Source: Rhizophagus irregularis
Taxonomy: Eukaryota
DNA length: 64,000 nucleotides
Reading direction: 5' to 3'
Assembly (NCBI RefSeq): GCF_026210795.1
Contig: NC_089432.1
Span: 868,001 to 932,000 of the forward strand
The notes under the pieces are model-generated. The model searched no databases. It was not told where the DNA came from and saw nothing but the letters and a program-made list of their open reading frames with translations. A program made the position numbers and the translations under genes. Positions 13,878-28,049 of this stretch are shown here, in pieces. The first letter of the stretch is position 1; every line of letters starts with the position of its first letter.

Positions 13878-15404
13878 AGCGAATAAGTGATTTATCCGGT
13901 ATCCCGTGATTTAAATATTGCCTGATACACGATTTTTGCCTGATACACGATTTACTGTATTATAACCATTTTTTATATATATATTTTGTTTTAATATTCA
14001 GATTTTTTTTTTTTGATCTTTTTTTTCAAACTGATTTTTTTTAAAAAAATTTTCCCTTCATAATCTATTTTGTGATAAGTTTTTCTTAATTGTTTTTTAT
14101 TTCTCTCATTCCTTTGGTGTGTATTAAAAGTAATAAATTATTGTAAATTTTTCAATTAACAATTTAATTTATAACTCAATTATGGTTAAAAAATATTTAT
14201 TATAAATTCGAATGTCATGATTTTATTAGGAAATGAACAAGTTCAAAATAAATCACATTTCATATATTTTACATTTTATAATCCTAACTCCCCTTTAAAC
14301 ATGAACTCTTATTAATTAAAATAAATTTATTAAAATTTTTATTCAAGATCCTAGAATTTAGTTTGGAGTGTACCTGAAGTATACTATACTTACGTTTCAG
14401 ACAATAAAAAAGTTTACTAAAAGTCTATTCCTTATTAATCATATTAATCATAACTCATAAGTTATATAGAAAATTTTGCACATGTAAGTATAACTTATCG
14501 ATAAAACATGTTAGTTTGTATTATTACTCATATAAAGTCAACGATATTACAGTATCTAATCTCATAATTAACATGTAAAGTATTATTATTATTTTACTTA
14601 ATCAAAAAAACTTATTATAATAAATTTGAAAAAACACGCAATAAAACTTGTCAAACACCCACTTTATTACTTTTAAATAGGTAAAGATCAATTTTAATTA
14701 CTTTGATATTTTGTTATTAGATGACGCAAAGAGACATGAGGAATAATGTAACGATACAAAGTTTCTTCAGATCTACTCAGGTGGGATATGAAAGCAAAAT
14801 GTTTTTTTTTATATTTTAGAAACGTTTTGTTATTGAAATGATTAAAATACGCAGAAATAATTAAATAGAAAGTTATTTACTATAATCTTTATTTAAATTA
14901 GTAGAAGCTATACAAAATAATATCCTCTTTAATTTATTGGTAAGAGAACTGCAATTACCCATAGCAGGTCTTTGACATTTATCAAATAGAAATTTCTTTC
15001 CTTATTTCACGTGATAATTGTATACTGCGGACGTAAAAAAGTTGTTCTATCACTATTTCTCACAAAATTTTAATTCTGCGCATGTGCAAATCTTGAATCG
15101 CATAACGAAGACTCCGCCATTACATCGCCAATATATAACGAGATACAATTCAATTTAAGATACTTGCTTCGCCAAGATGATTTTAAGTTATATTTTATTT
15201 ATTAATTAAATTTATAATATTAAGTCATTCATTTAATAATAATATAATAATATTAGTATGATAAAATATAGAATAAATAATAGATTATACAAAATATATA
15301 ATAATTTTAGAAAATAAAAAAGTAATCAAAATAGTAGAATGTTAGAAACAATATAAAATATGATTAGACTGATTAAAGAATGTAAAATTATGAACTCATC
15401 ATTT

Positions 15405-17500
15405 CTAGTCTTTGTGTGCATCTTTATTTCCTCTTTTAGCAGCATATTCATACAATTCAATTGCCTTTTATCCAAGTACATATATTCCATTTAAATATCC
15501 TTTTTCAGCTGATTTTTTATAATGTTCAAATGCTTTAACTTCATTTTTTTGATACCAATTTCATCTTGATGACATTTACCTAGACAAATAATATATAGCT
15601 TCATATCCATTTCTGCTGCTTTTTTGTACCAATAAATTCCCTATAAAAAAATTGGATACGTTTTTTATAAAGTTTTTATACGATTTTTTTTCCTTAGAAA
15701 TAACGTATCATAATAGGATACGGAAAAATGCACAATTCCGTATCACTAAAAATATGGTTTGGATACGGAATTTGCACGGGATTTATATGGAATTTACATG
15801 ATTTGATCACTGATTTTATCACGAAATTTATACGATTTGGTCACTGAATTTACTATTTGTATTACAGTTTACTATAATTGTATTTACATAAATCTAATTT
15901 TACTTTATTAAATTAAATAAAAAATAAAAAATAAACAAAGTACAGATACATTATGAAAATTCCCTCCTTATTAAAACCACCTATTGCAACCAAAATTATC
16001 TATAAGTTCAGGTTCATTTGGAGTCAAACAACCTAAAAGAACAAAAAAAAGATTGGAAACAAAACCCCCCCTCATATAGTATCTGCAATCGTTCAAGTCA
16101 CCAAAGGTCAGCATTCCTACAAAAAAAGAAAAGAACTCCAGAATGTCTGACCTACATAAAAGAAAAGAATTATGAGGCGTCTAATGAAAAAGAAACCAAA
16201 ACAACAAAATAAATCCAAAACTGACCTACAAAAAAAGAAGACTCCGAAGCAACAAAACTGAAACAACCTACAAAAAGAAAAGAATCTGAACCTAACTTAC
16301 AAAAAAGCAAGAAAATTAGAACTGACCTAAAAAAAGAGAAAAATCCTGAATCATCCTACAAAAAGAAAAGGACTCCCAAACCGATCTACAAAAAAGAAAA
16401 AAGAAACTGAATATTCTTACAAAAAAAAATCTGCTGGCCTATGAAATTAAATAAAAAAGAAAGGGGAATAAAGAATAAACCAAAAAAAATATTTTTTTAA
16501 AAAGAGGGGTAACGAAGTTAGGAAAGTTAAAAAAAATTTTTTTTTAAAGGGAGGACGTCAAAGTTAGAAAAATAAAAAATTTTTTATAGAGGAAATAGAA
16601 ATAGAAAGAAGAAATTTTTTTTAAAAAAAAGAAGAGTGGGAATAAAAGAAAAAATTTTTTTTCAAAGGAGAGTGACGAAAAAAAAAATTATTTTTAAAAG
16701 GGGGTGACGAAGAAAGAAGAAAAATTTAGAAAAAATAACAAAAATAAGACAAGAGAAAGAGAAAGACAGAAAGGAAGATCGGAAGATCAAACTCATCAAA
16801 GTATGGTTTATATAAAAACAAAAAACGTATCATAACAAAACAATAAACAATCATGCGATCTCGTGTTATTAAGTTTAAAAATTCCGTATACATTCCGCAT
16901 GATTAATTTTTTCCGTATACATTTCTTATACATTAGTTTTTTTAAAAAATGTTCAAAAATGAATTGCTTATTAAATATACGGAATTTGTATATGGAATCT
17001 ATAGAAACGTACAAAAAATGTATACAAAACGTATCCTTTCCGTATACATATTTCTTATAGGGATTGCTTTACTTTAATCTTGATCGATTCCTTTGCATTT
17101 TTCGTATAAATATCCTAGACTATATTGTGTATTATTATACTCTTGTATAGCTGATTTTTCATACCATTCAATTGCTTTCTTTATATATTTTTGCATTCCT
17201 CTACCATTTTCATTGCTGCTTTTTTCATACCAATACAATGATTTATCTAAATCTTGATAAATTTCTTCATATAAACATCCCAGACTATTTTGTACCTCAT
17301 TATATTCTTGTTCAGTAGATTTTTTATACCATCAATTGCTTTTTCTATATCACCTTTATCATGTCGATAAATTGTACCTAAATAATGTTGTGAATCTTTA
17401 CTTCCTTTTTCTGCCGCCTCTTCAATCAAATGAAATGCTTTTCCTAAATTTTTTCAGTACCTTTACCTTTCAGATACCATAAAAGCGAATTAAAAATGAT
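15405..17500 (-). pseudogene. Degenerate Sel1-repeat gene interrupted by a TIR element
   Basis: Sel1 fragments (KAFHLIEEAAEKG, KAFEHYKKSAEKGY) with frameshifts and stops lie on both sides of 15639-17062. Removing the insert restores KAIYWY. Confidence 0.75.
15639..17062. mobile_element. Non-autonomous CACTA/EnSpm-like (CCC-terminal) element with 3-bp TSD
   Basis: Termini CCCTATAA.../...TTATAGGG, ATT duplicated at 15636-15638 and 17063-17065, subterminal TACGG/CCGTA repeats, and internal degenerate ~40-bp repeats at 16110-16430. Confidence 0.75.
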
Positions 17501-18312
17501 GTGATAAATCTAATCAATTTCTGATTGATCGTACATTTGATCAATTAATTTCTCATTTGTAGCTTTTGAATTGTTTGAGTTGATTAAGCTTCACTTACAA
17601 AATGAAAAATAAATCTGTTTAAAACAATGTCAAAATAGAGTCTGGGATAGATTTAACGTCAGACATTTTTCTATTGCAGCTAAATCTAATTTTCTAACTA
17701 ATAAATAAGTAGTATTAATAAAGCATCATATTAATTATTGAATAGCAATGAAATGTCTAACTATGGTAAACGAAAATTTATATTTTTTATGCATTCAGCA
17801 TACAGTAGGTAATATCGCAATAAATCCAATAATTGCAATAAATTACGTCTCAACCCATTTTTTTTGATAATAAACATTTAGTAAATTACATTCAAAACAA
17901 AATAATAAAAAATTGTTTTCAGACAAATATAAAAAAATATAGTTAAATAATTCAGACAAATATAAAAAAAAATATAGTTAATTAGTAGAATATAGATTTA
18001 CGTTCTGACTGTAATTAGTCGAATATTGAATTATTTTTACAATTAAAATATAAATTCTGTATAGCAACAGCCTTATTACAAATTTGCAATTTTGAAATAA
18101 TACAGCAAATACTATATGAGTTAGTCAGCATGGTATGTAATATTGAAGTGGTATTTCGGCTGCTTTAGCTTCTATTGATTTACATAAATATAATAGAAAT
18201 CACGATGTAAACACATCGTCTGCTTTGAAATTATGTTAGTTTTCAGACGAAATTAATATAGCTTTTTTTCTTTAAAACTCTTTCCTTTTAATACTAAATT
18301 TTTGTACAGGAC

Positions 18313-18761
18313 TAGGGATGCCAACGGTCGGTTCAGTTCGGTTTCAGTTTTAAAACTGCAGCTTTCAACCAAAACTGAACCGACCGCAAAACCGACCGAT
18401 AAAACTGGACTGGGCTACAAAATCGATTGCAAAACTACTGCAAACCCGATAAAATAAAGTTAGAAAGTACTAATTATAGCTTTATTGAATAATGTCCTTT
18501 AAATTTACGTCATTTTTCAGAGAAAAGAAAAATCATGTGATTAACACGTGAAATTAAGTTCGAATATTATATAAAAAAAAATACTAAACCCAAAACTTTT
18601 AATGATAAAAGAAACCATTTTTCATAATACAATTAACCAATCGGGTTTTGACTGGTTTTTTTATATATAAAACTGATGGTTAACCGGTCTGAAACTGAAC
18701 CGATAACCGAACTGATAAAAACCAGTTATGATCAGTTATTACCGAACTTTTGGCGTCCCTA
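18313..18761. mobile_element. hAT-like MITE
   Basis: TIRs TAGGGATGCCAA / TTGGCGTCCCTA with many internal AACCG/AACTG repeats. No clean 8-bp TSD is visible. Confidence 0.6.
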
Positions 18762-20376
18762 CCTGTAGCATATTCCTGAGTATTCTTACAATTTTTTCTT
18801 ATTAAGGTGCTTTATTATTTCAAGTTGACCAGTAGTTGACCAGTTCAGAAAATCCACTGACATTTATTAGACAATTACCCAATATCTATTGTTATTTATT
18901 GCGAAAAATAAATTTTAAGTACAAATTCAAGATCGTAGCCCAATTATATGATTCTATCTATACTAAAATACAGATGCCACTTCAGCTTTTTAAAATATCC
19001 TATAGTCCACCGTTTATTAATTGCAGGTTTTCATCTACTATTTGTTTAATTTATCACTTGATCAATGACTGCAAAATCTCCAGAAGGGATTGGTTCACTT
19101 GATGCTTGAAAATGAACTAGTGGACAGCAATAGTAGAGTAATTAGCAATCATGTATTTGATGTCATGATGATAGGAAACTTTTTAACTCATCTTATCACT
19201 GTCAAAACTACCTGCATTCACGATGAGACCATAAACCTTTTGAGCTTCTTCAGTTCTCTCAAAGAGCTTCTTCTAAACATCATTGGGAAGCTTCGTCCTT
19301 ATTTCATCAGTGATCAGTAACTCCACAAATTTCAATGTTCTATAATGCTCTTACTGTTTTATTAATGCTTCCTAAAATAGCGAAGAACTTTTTGCATTGT
19401 CTTACTAGGATGGTATTCACCGGTAACAATATTGTTATATAGATCGAGAAAAATATTTGAGCCAGTGTACAATTCGGAGGTGTGTTCAGACTGCAAAATT
19501 TCACTTTCAGAATCGGTAGTAGACAATTCCTTAATTTATTCTTTTTGTAACATAAGGGAATTATCCTTATCGACTGGTTCCTTTTTACCAGATGATTTAC
19601 CTGTAGATGCAGCTGGTTCTTTATCTAATGCGTTCTTTTGTGTACCATCTAGTGGAAGTTTCAAACAATCGGCTAATAAGTAAATTGAGGTGTAATACTT
19701 GAGAAAGATCTTTAGGTCATTTCGAACATATTAACAGCTGAATTGCTTGTTGAATTACTGCGTCCCTGAAAACTTCCATCTATTTAAAGCTTTAAATTAA
19801 ACATATGTAATTCACCCTATAAAGTTCTTTTAGCTTGAGCAACTAAATCTCAGATTTTATATCAATAAACTTGATTTCATATCTTTTCAATTCTATTCCC
19901 TTTCATAAATTAAATAAAAGAATATATTAAGCATAATAATTTCCGAATTTTCTGCTTTTGAACTCAAATACTTTTGATCATTAGCATCAGTATCAATCCT
20001 TATTCATAACAAAATCCTATCCTACCATGTAATGAATTATTAATATTAGATAAATCATCGGTATCCGAATTATGTTGTATTATAAAGTAATTTAATAATA
20101 ACGATAAGGGAAATTTTTTCACAATGTATTAGACTTTGTGTAGCAAATTTTTGTGTTACCGCATTTTTATTTATTGTTGGTCAATTTTAGAAATTAATGT
20201 TAATTCCCGTATACAAAGTTAAAATAATTATGGACATAAGGAAAATTACAGATTTACCTCTTGTTGTAGTCAGATAAAATTTGAGTTATTCTATTTTTTA
20301 AAAAAAAATTTTAAATTTCTATATAGTGCAATAACTAAAATAAAATAAGTTGTTTAAATTATGTAAAAACGAAAAC

Positions 20377-21372
20377 TCATTCCTTTGATGAAAGTTCTCC
20401 TACTTTAAATTTAGCAAAATCGTGTCCTTGTTTAGCAGATTTTTTATACCAATAAATTGCTTGTTTTATGTTTTTTTCAATTCCATCTCCATTTTCATAC
20501 ATCAAAGCAAGATAAGTTTGTGCATAATGATTTTCCAAAGCTGCTGCCTTTTGATATGATTCAAATGCTTTTTGCTTATTAACAACAGTTCCAATCTTAT
20601 TACTATAACAATACCCTAACATAGTTATCCCATCTGAATAATCTTTTTCAGCTGATTTTTTAAAAAGCTCAAAAGCTTTATCATGATCTTGTTCTATCCC
20701 TTCTCCATCTTTGTATATATGAGCAAGATTGTATTCTGCTAAACAATTGCCTAAATTTGCTGTTTTTTGATATAATTCAACTCCTTTTGGCGTGTTTGCA
20801 ACAGTTCCAATTCCATTATAATAACAATACCCTAGCAGATTTATTCCACATGGATATCCAGTATTTGCTAATTTTTTAGACAATTCAAAAGCTTTATCAT
20901 AATCTTTGCTAACACCTTTTCCATCAATATACATATTAATGAGATTAAGTTCAGCTATAATATTTCCTAAATTTGTTGCTTTTTGAAATAATTCTAATGC
21001 TCTTTGTTTATTAACATCAACTTCAATTCCATTATAATTAAAATATCCAAGTAAGCAGATAGAATTTGAATCATTTTGGTTATTTAAAAGCCATTTAATA
21101 ATTTCTTGTAAATTTATCTTGTGATTATTGATATAATCAATAATATTCTGCTTTCTTACTTTTTTTTCTATTCCTTCATTTAATTCCTTAAAATAAATAT
21201 GTAATAATTCATCAATTACAATATTTAAATCTTCTTCAAAAATATTTTCATGAATGTTTTTTTGCGTTGTAGGTTCTATTTCTTTTATATTCATTCTATC
21301 AAAATTTTGAGAAAGTTCATGCAATATATTATTTTTATTAGATAAGTTAATGTTATCTGAATTAAATTGCAT
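20377..21372 (-). CDS. Sel1-like repeat protein (331 aa)
   Basis: Intact ORF with the family N-terminal block and Sel1 repeats ending QAIYWYKKSAKQG. Confidence 0.9.
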   Translation of the reverse strand: MQFNSDNINLSNKNNILHELSQNFDRMNIKEIEPTTQKNIHENIFEEDLNIVIDELLHIYFKELNEGIEKKVRKQNIIDYINNHKINLQEIIKWLLNNQNDSNSICLLGYFNYNGIEVDVNKQRALELFQKATNLGNIIAELNLINMYIDGKGVSKDYDKAFELSKKLANTGYPCGINLLGYCYYNGIGTVANTPKGVELYQKTANLGNCLAEYNLAHIYKDGEGIEQDHDKAFELFKKSAEKDYSDGITMLGYCYSNKIGTVVNKQKAFESYQKAAALENHYAQTYLALMYENGDGIEKNIKQAIYWYKKSAKQGHDFAKFKVGELSSKE

Positions 21373-21605
21373 ATTAAATGAAGTAATTTAAAACAAGGGA
21401 AAGAAAAATAATTTTTTTTTTCAACATGCCGTCATGCCGTATTTATTAATTCTGCATCACGCAGATCGGCTTTTGTGCTAGAGGATTTACGTAAACAATT
21501 ACGAAGTGTTGACGTTTGTGTAGCCAAATAACTACTGCGTAAATCATGTGATTATCTCATATCACATGATTTTATTTTTGTAATTTATTTATTTATGATG
21601 TATTT

Positions 21606-21982
21606 AACTCCGGCCCACGATTAAAAATAAGACAGAACAATAACATATACATTATGCACTATTCCACACCTGACAGTATTTACGTGTGGCGTCTTCGGAC
21701 GAAAGAATAATACGAGAGATTGATTATGTCAGAACTGCCTTTTTTTATAGCCTTCTTTCTTTGGTTTTTTCTTTCCTTAGCCTTTTATTCTCATGCGTAG
21801 TGGGCAGGACATGTTTAGACGCATCCCTCCACAGGTTTATTTTTCGACACCAGGGTGGCGCTGTCAGATTTGGCGGTTTGGTACACGATTTAATTTAGAA
21901 TTACTTTAGGCTTACGAATAGTTTGTCCCTGCAATTTGTATCGTGACTTTGTTCACATGGAAATTAAAAATAAAAAATAAAA
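21606..21982 (+). mobile_element. 5'-truncated non-LTR retrotransposon 3' end
   Basis: 16-bp direct repeat TATTTATGATGTATTT at 21590-21605 and 21983-21998, with a (TAAAAA)n tail. Confidence 0.8.
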
Positions 21983-22018
21983 TATTTATGATGTATTTTT
22001 TTACTCTTCCACTTCCCA

Positions 22019-22076
22019 ATTTTTACTGTAACTTTGTTCACTTTGATAAATAAAAATAAAAAATAAAAATAAAACT
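22019..22076 (+). mobile_element. Extremely truncated retrotransposon 3' tip
   Basis: TTCCACTTCCCA is duplicated at 22007-22018 and 22077-22088. It has a (TAAAAA)n tail and shares ACTTTGTTCAC with the 3' end of the neighbouring insertion. Confidence 0.7.
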
Positions 22077-23047
22077 TTCCACTTCCCACATAAGTCCAAT
22101 TCGAGGATCTGTACTTTTTAATTTGGTAAACGAACTTCTCAAAAGTCTCGATTTACTGGTCTATGAAAAAGCAAATTCTGAACCGGTATTCTTCGGCATA
22201 GTCGAGGAAATAGTCTTATAATTATATTTTCATCTTTGTAATAGTTATAAGGTAACGAAAAAAGTAATTGTGATATGACTAACAGAGTTTTATATTTTTA
22301 TAAAATCAATTCATAATCCATTTTCTAATCCAATCAATAATTACTATTTTATGCGTACTAATATTATTCATTTATTAACTTTGTTTAGGTAATATAATAT
22401 AACGAACGTGATGAATAGCGAATAATTAGCGATGAATCTACCTAATTTACAATTGGAAATTCAATAAGTGACGGTGATGACGATCAAAAAAAATGTAATT
22501 ATTTAAAGATTACATTGAGAATTGTAGAGTGATCAAGAAAATATTGGTAATAAATTAAAATTTCGTAACTGATACTAATAAGTAGGAAAGAAAATTATAA
22601 ATCCACGTACTTGAAAAGACAACAATAAGCATGCGATATTTTTAGAAATTACTTCATAAATAAGATATATTGTAAACTAATTGACTAATAAAATATTAGT
22701 TTTTTAAAAATAATTTTGATGTTTTTAAAAGTGATTTTCAAAATAAAATGCATTTGAATTTTCGAAATAATTTATTATTTGCGTAAATATTTTTGACATA
22801 TTTAGCTTAAATATCACATATAAATTTTATAGGTAAAATTGGTAAAATTACTAATAAAAAAGGAATTCTATTTAGTTTATTTATTCTTATATATATGAAG
22901 CATAATATTCCTATCCTTAAATTTCACAATATTTTTTGTCAAATGAAAATTATTACATATTATTTCAATCCACTAAAGTGAACATTTTTTATTGTGAAAA
23001 TATTTTCTATGTTTACTAACAGCTGTTTAATGAGTAAAGTATTTTTA

Positions 23048-24052
23048 TTAGTAATCCTCTGAAAGTTCTTCTATTTTAATCAAAGCATTTACATTTCCTT
23101 GTTTAAGTGATTCATTATACCAATAAATAGCCTTTTTAAGGTTTTTTTCAACTTCGTCTCCATTTTCATACATTACAGCAAGACTATATTGAGCATAATG
23201 ATTTCCTAAATTTGCAGCCTTTTGATATGATTCAAATGCTTTTTGCTTGTTAGTATCTGTTCCAATCCCATTATTATAACAATACCCTAACATGGTTATC
23301 CCATTTGAATATTCTTTTTCAGCTGATTTTTTGAAAAGTTCAAATGCCTTATTATAATCTATTGCAACACCATCTCCATCTTTGTACATATAGGCAAGAT
23401 TATATTGTGCTATGCAATTGCCCAAATCTGCTGTCTTTTGATATAATTCAATTCCTTTTTGTATATTTATATCAGTTCCAATTCCATCAATATAACAATA
23501 TCCTAACAAATTTATACCACATGAGTATCCCTTTTTTGCTAATTTTTTAGATAATTCAAAAGCTTTATCAAAATTTTTATCGACACCTTCTCCATCAATA
23601 TACATGTTAGCGAGAACGAATTGGGCTGCACCATTTTCTAAATCTGCTGCCATTTGAAATAGTTTGGATGCTTTTTGCGTATTACTGTTAATTCCAATTC
23701 CATGATAATTAAAATATCCAAGTAAATAAATAGATTTTGGATCATTTTGATTATTTAAAAGCCAATTGTGGATTTCTTGTAAACTTATTTTATAACTATT
23801 TATATTATCAAGAACATGTTTTTTTATTACTTTTCTTTCTTTTCCTTCATTTAATTCCTTAAAGTAAAGATAAGATAATTCATTAATTACAAAACTTATA
23901 TATTCCTCAAAAACATTTCCATAAATGTTTTTTTGTATAGTAGGTTCTATTTCTTTTATATTCATTTTATTAAAATTTTGAATAATTTGAGCAAATCCAT
24001 GTTGTGAATTAATATTATTTGATAAGTGATCATCATCTGAATTAAGTCGCAT
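23048..24052 (-). CDS. Sel1-like repeat protein (334 aa)
   Basis: Intact ORF. Start placed at MRLNSD by alignment with the paralog starts MQFNSD/MQLNSE. Confidence 0.88.
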   Translation of the reverse strand: MRLNSDDDHLSNNINSQHGFAQIIQNFNKMNIKEIEPTIQKNIYGNVFEEYISFVINELSYLYFKELNEGKERKVIKKHVLDNINSYKISLQEIHNWLLNNQNDPKSIYLLGYFNYHGIGINSNTQKASKLFQMAADLENGAAQFVLANMYIDGEGVDKNFDKAFELSKKLAKKGYSCGINLLGYCYIDGIGTDINIQKGIELYQKTADLGNCIAQYNLAYMYKDGDGVAIDYNKAFELFKKSAEKEYSNGITMLGYCYNNGIGTDTNKQKAFESYQKAANLGNHYAQYSLAVMYENGDEVEKNLKKAIYWYNESLKQGNVNALIKIEELSEDY

Positions 24053-25725
24053 TGTAATAAGGGGAGAAAGAAAATGAATATTTTTTTTCACACGCACCAA
24101 TCGCACCATATTTATTTTGTATCGCATGGTGATACTGCATTTTAGTTTACCAAAGATCAGCCTTATATTCCGCAGCAAATTTAGTACTGTTACACATAAA
24201 TCAATTTTTGTGTAGCCAATTAAGGCCGTTCTCAATTTGATTAAATAGTGATGTCATTATGCTCAAATGTCCAATCAAGATCAATGGAAGAGCATGAATT
24301 TTTTATAGGTTGACATTAAGCAACAGAATTTTCTTTTATGATAATGATAATAAGTTAAAAAGAAATGAATTTTGTTTCATATTTATTATTATCTTCTTAC
24401 ATTAAAAGTAAAATAATAATGTCTATATTGAAAAAAATCTTGCTGGACCCCATTTTTTGTTATATTAAATAAAATAAATTGAAATGATGATTGAACATTT
24501 TCTATCAATGTTCATCAAAATGGGAAACACTCCGAAATTCTTTGAAACTTACGGATATTTTTTTATCAAGATCTCATCAATCTATGCTTGAGAACATTCT
24601 AAGTTTGATGATATCTTTCCGAATTAATGTCAACATTACAAAGGAGTGACATGATAAAATCTGAAACTTTTGACATGTCGATACTGGAAAACTGATACTG
24701 GTGTAACCTCTTGGATAATGTGATACAAAAAATTAGAAAATCAAAAGCACATAATATAGGCCATTTTGCATCATTTGGTGTTTAAAATTGATTTTAGTAC
24801 TATGGAAACTTTTGAAATTTTGAATTTAATACTAATTATTAGATTAATATTCTCGGTACTAATTAACAGTTGTACAACAATTGTATATGTTTCAATATTT
24901 CTATAAATACTAGATTTGTAAAATCCAACGTCAATATGTTTGGATTGATATTCAATGTTTGATGAAAGAATTTCGCTCCATTCGGTAAGAAGTATTTTTG
25001 TTGTACTCCTATTTACCGATATTCTTTTAAAATTTCTTTCTTGATACTTTGTTTTAAAAAAGTTCTCAACTTTAGTAGGTTCTGCTGTATTTTTATATTC
25101 ATTTTTTCTACATTTGAATAATATGAAAGAATTGATGTAATGAGTTATTAAGTCATCCTAATAAAGGATGGAAAGAGTTCTTTTTCACACGAATTATCTC
25201 ATTATGAAAACTGGCAATTTTATTTATTAAATAGTAATCCATATAAGAATCAGGCAGTTTTATTAATAAAATTGGGATAAGTACAATACAATAATTTTTG
25301 CAGTCTTGGAATAATATAGTTTTAACTACCATTTAAAACCAAGTTTATTATAATTTTTTTTAGATTGGTAATACTTAATAGTTTATTACAAGATGATCAA
25401 ATGAAAAATAAATTAAACAGTTTAATCCAATAAAATAGAAGTATATTTTTATTTTGAGAAAAATTTTCTAGTGCTAGCAAGTGGCAACTATATAATAAAA
25501 TAAATTATTCACACACTCCCAGATTATTTTATATTAATATAAATGGCTCAGCTAACATATGAGTAACATGTCAAGCAATTGCATTATTTGAAGCAGGTTT
25601 TAGTTCAAGAAAGTTGCCCAAGAACTGGGGAGCATGTCCGCCATACAAGTAATTTACGTTTAAAAAAAGTATGAAGAAACAAAAGAAATGTGAAAAATAA
25701 ACTACGTTATATAATCTTAACAACG

Positions 25726-26727
25726 TCATTCCTCTATAAGTTCTTCTAATTTAATTAGAGCACTTGCACTCCCTTGTTTAGCCGATTCTTTATACCAATA
25801 AATGGCCTGTTTAACATTTTTTTCAACTCCATCACCATTTTCATACATTAAAGCAAGATTATATTGAGCATAATGATTATCTAAGTTTGCAGACTTTTGA
25901 TATGATTCAAATGCTTTTTTCTTGTTAAGACCAGTTCCAATTCCATTATTATAACAATACCCTAACATAGTTATCCCATCTGAATATTCTTTCTCGGCTG
26001 TTTTTTTAAATAGCTCAAAAGCTTTATTATAATCTATTGCGACACCATCTCCACTTTTGTATATATGAGCAAGATTATATTGTGCTAAACAACTACCTAA
26101 ATTTGCTGTCTTTTCATATAGTTCAATTGCTTTTTGCATATTTATATCAGTCCCAATTCCATTAACATGACAATATCCTAGCAGATTTGTACCACATAAA
26201 AGTTCTTTCTTTGCTAAATTTTTAGATAATTCAAAAGCTTTATCATAATTCTTATCAGTACCTTCTCCATCAATATACATATTAGCAAGGTCAAGCTGAG
26301 CTGCATTATTTTCTAAACTTGCTGCTTTTTGAAATAATTTAAATGATTTTTGAATGTCAATACTGATTTCAATTCCATGATAATTAAAATATCCAAGCAA
26401 ATAAATAGAATTTGAGTCATTTTGATTATTTAAAAGCCAGTTAACTAACTCTTGTATATTTATATTGAAATTATTAAAATTAACAATAATATTTTGCTTT
26501 CTTACTTTTCTTTCTTTTCCTTCATTTAATTCCTCGAAGTAAATATCGACTATTTTATCAATTACAATACCTATATCTTCTTCAAAAATATTTTCATGAA
26601 TGTTTTGAATTGTAGGTTCTATTTCTTTTATTTTTATTTTATTATCAAATTTGTGAACATTTTGAGATAATTTATGTAATGTATTATTAGTATCAGATAA
26701 GTCAACATTTTCCGAATTAAGTTGCAT
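25726..26727 (-). CDS. Sel1-like repeat protein (333 aa)
   Basis: Intact ORF with the same architecture as its neighbours. Confidence 0.9.
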   Translation of the reverse strand: MQLNSENVDLSDTNNTLHKLSQNVHKFDNKIKIKEIEPTIQNIHENIFEEDIGIVIDKIVDIYFEELNEGKERKVRKQNIIVNFNNFNINIQELVNWLLNNQNDSNSIYLLGYFNYHGIEISIDIQKSFKLFQKAASLENNAAQLDLANMYIDGEGTDKNYDKAFELSKNLAKKELLCGTNLLGYCHVNGIGTDINMQKAIELYEKTANLGSCLAQYNLAHIYKSGDGVAIDYNKAFELFKKTAEKEYSDGITMLGYCYNNGIGTGLNKKKAFESYQKSANLDNHYAQYNLALMYENGDGVEKNVKQAIYWYKESAKQGSASALIKLEELIEE

Positions 26728-26798
26728 GTTAGTGAGGTAATGAAAAGAAGAAAAGTAAAATTTGTGTTACTTTTTTGCAACAATATTTATTTAATGAT

Positions 26799-26840
26799 AT
26801 GGTGATACTGCAGTTACTGCAGTTGCAGATCGGTTTTTGT
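26799..26840 (-). promoter_or_regulatory. Conserved upstream motif of Sel1 genes (one example)
   Basis: The + strand sequence ATGGTRATACTGCA occurs at 6521, 24126, 26799 and 33748, which is 72-86 nt upstream of the respective minus-strand ATGs. Confidence 0.5.
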
Positions 26841-28049
26841 TACATCAACTTCCGTCTAATTCACGTGACAATAATCTTTATTGTGAAAAATTTTGGAAGA
26901 AATCCACCATTTGTTGTATAGGAATTCAAATATTTATAACTTAAAAAAAATCTTTATATAAATTTATACCTGATTTATCTCATTACATATACAGATGTTT
27001 GAACGCTGAACTATAGTATAACAATATATTTTATAAAGAAAATATTATGGCTTTTATTTTTTATACACCTGCACAAAATGCGAGGGTGCATATGATTATA
27101 AAAATTAAAATTTTGCGCATTACATGAAATTTGAATAAAATAAAAAATTTATTAGTTAGCAACTTTTCGCCATAAATATAAGATAGCAATTAAGAGTGAA
27201 AAATGTGTGAAAATTAGACTATGTTTTTCCTAATGAAATGAATAAAAGTAAATTTTAATAACTAATATCCTAATCCTAGCATAATCCCGATTCCCGAACC
27301 CTAATCCAGACGCTAACTCAACCCATAATAACTTACCAAATAAATTTTTAATATTCATTATCAAGTAGAATTGAATGATCATGTTCTATATTTTACAGAA
27401 CCACATTTGGGTTTATCTATTAATTATTTTATTTAGATTTGTTGAAATCTTTAAGGGCCCTTTAAATCTGGAATTTCCTGTGGTCTACCCTTTGAACATC
27501 TAGCGCAGGATTTTCTAATATTATCTTGATCAATTCTGGTGAATTATCCATATTTTTAAGATATTGAACATTCTCAAGAAATTCTAAAAAAGATACTGAC
27601 AGAGTTGTTAGTGGACATAGATTCATTATCACCCATATTGTTATAGTTGTAAATAATAAGTGTAAGAAAGAAAGGTAAAGAAGCATGAGAAAGTAAAATG
27701 AAGCCATATAAAAACTTATCAAACACGTGATCGTAGTTAATATGAATCATGGAAACCACAAAAATATCTGACAAATATAATTTTGTAAAATTATAATCAC
27801 ACGCGTAAAAAAAACGACGCTAAGGGTGCACAAAATGCATCAGCACAAAACTAAATTACTAAACACTGTATATTTAACTTAACCTATTTGTATTATTTAA
27901 TCTCAAAAAACTAGAATATGCGATTTGCCGGGGGACTTCGTCCCCCAAATATAACATTTATAATTAAAAAAATTCTTTGATATAAATAAATTGAATTGTA
28001 TGTAAAATCACTAAAATATTACTGAATAATAAAATTTATTATAATTAGA

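Noticed and set aside
24053..24235. 61-aa N-terminal extension of the 395-aa Sel1 ORF
   Set aside because: It starts at a non-ATG codon and overlaps the conserved upstream motif. The paralogs begin at the M(Q/R)xNS position.
3356..26727. Bacterial contamination or recent horizontal transfer of intronless Sel1 genes
   Set aside because: Base composition matches the surroundings, there is no operon-like spacing, and the genes are interleaved with spliced genes and eukaryotic transposons.
27265..27330. Interstitial telomeric repeat
   Set aside because: There is only one exact CCCTAA among degenerate hexamers.
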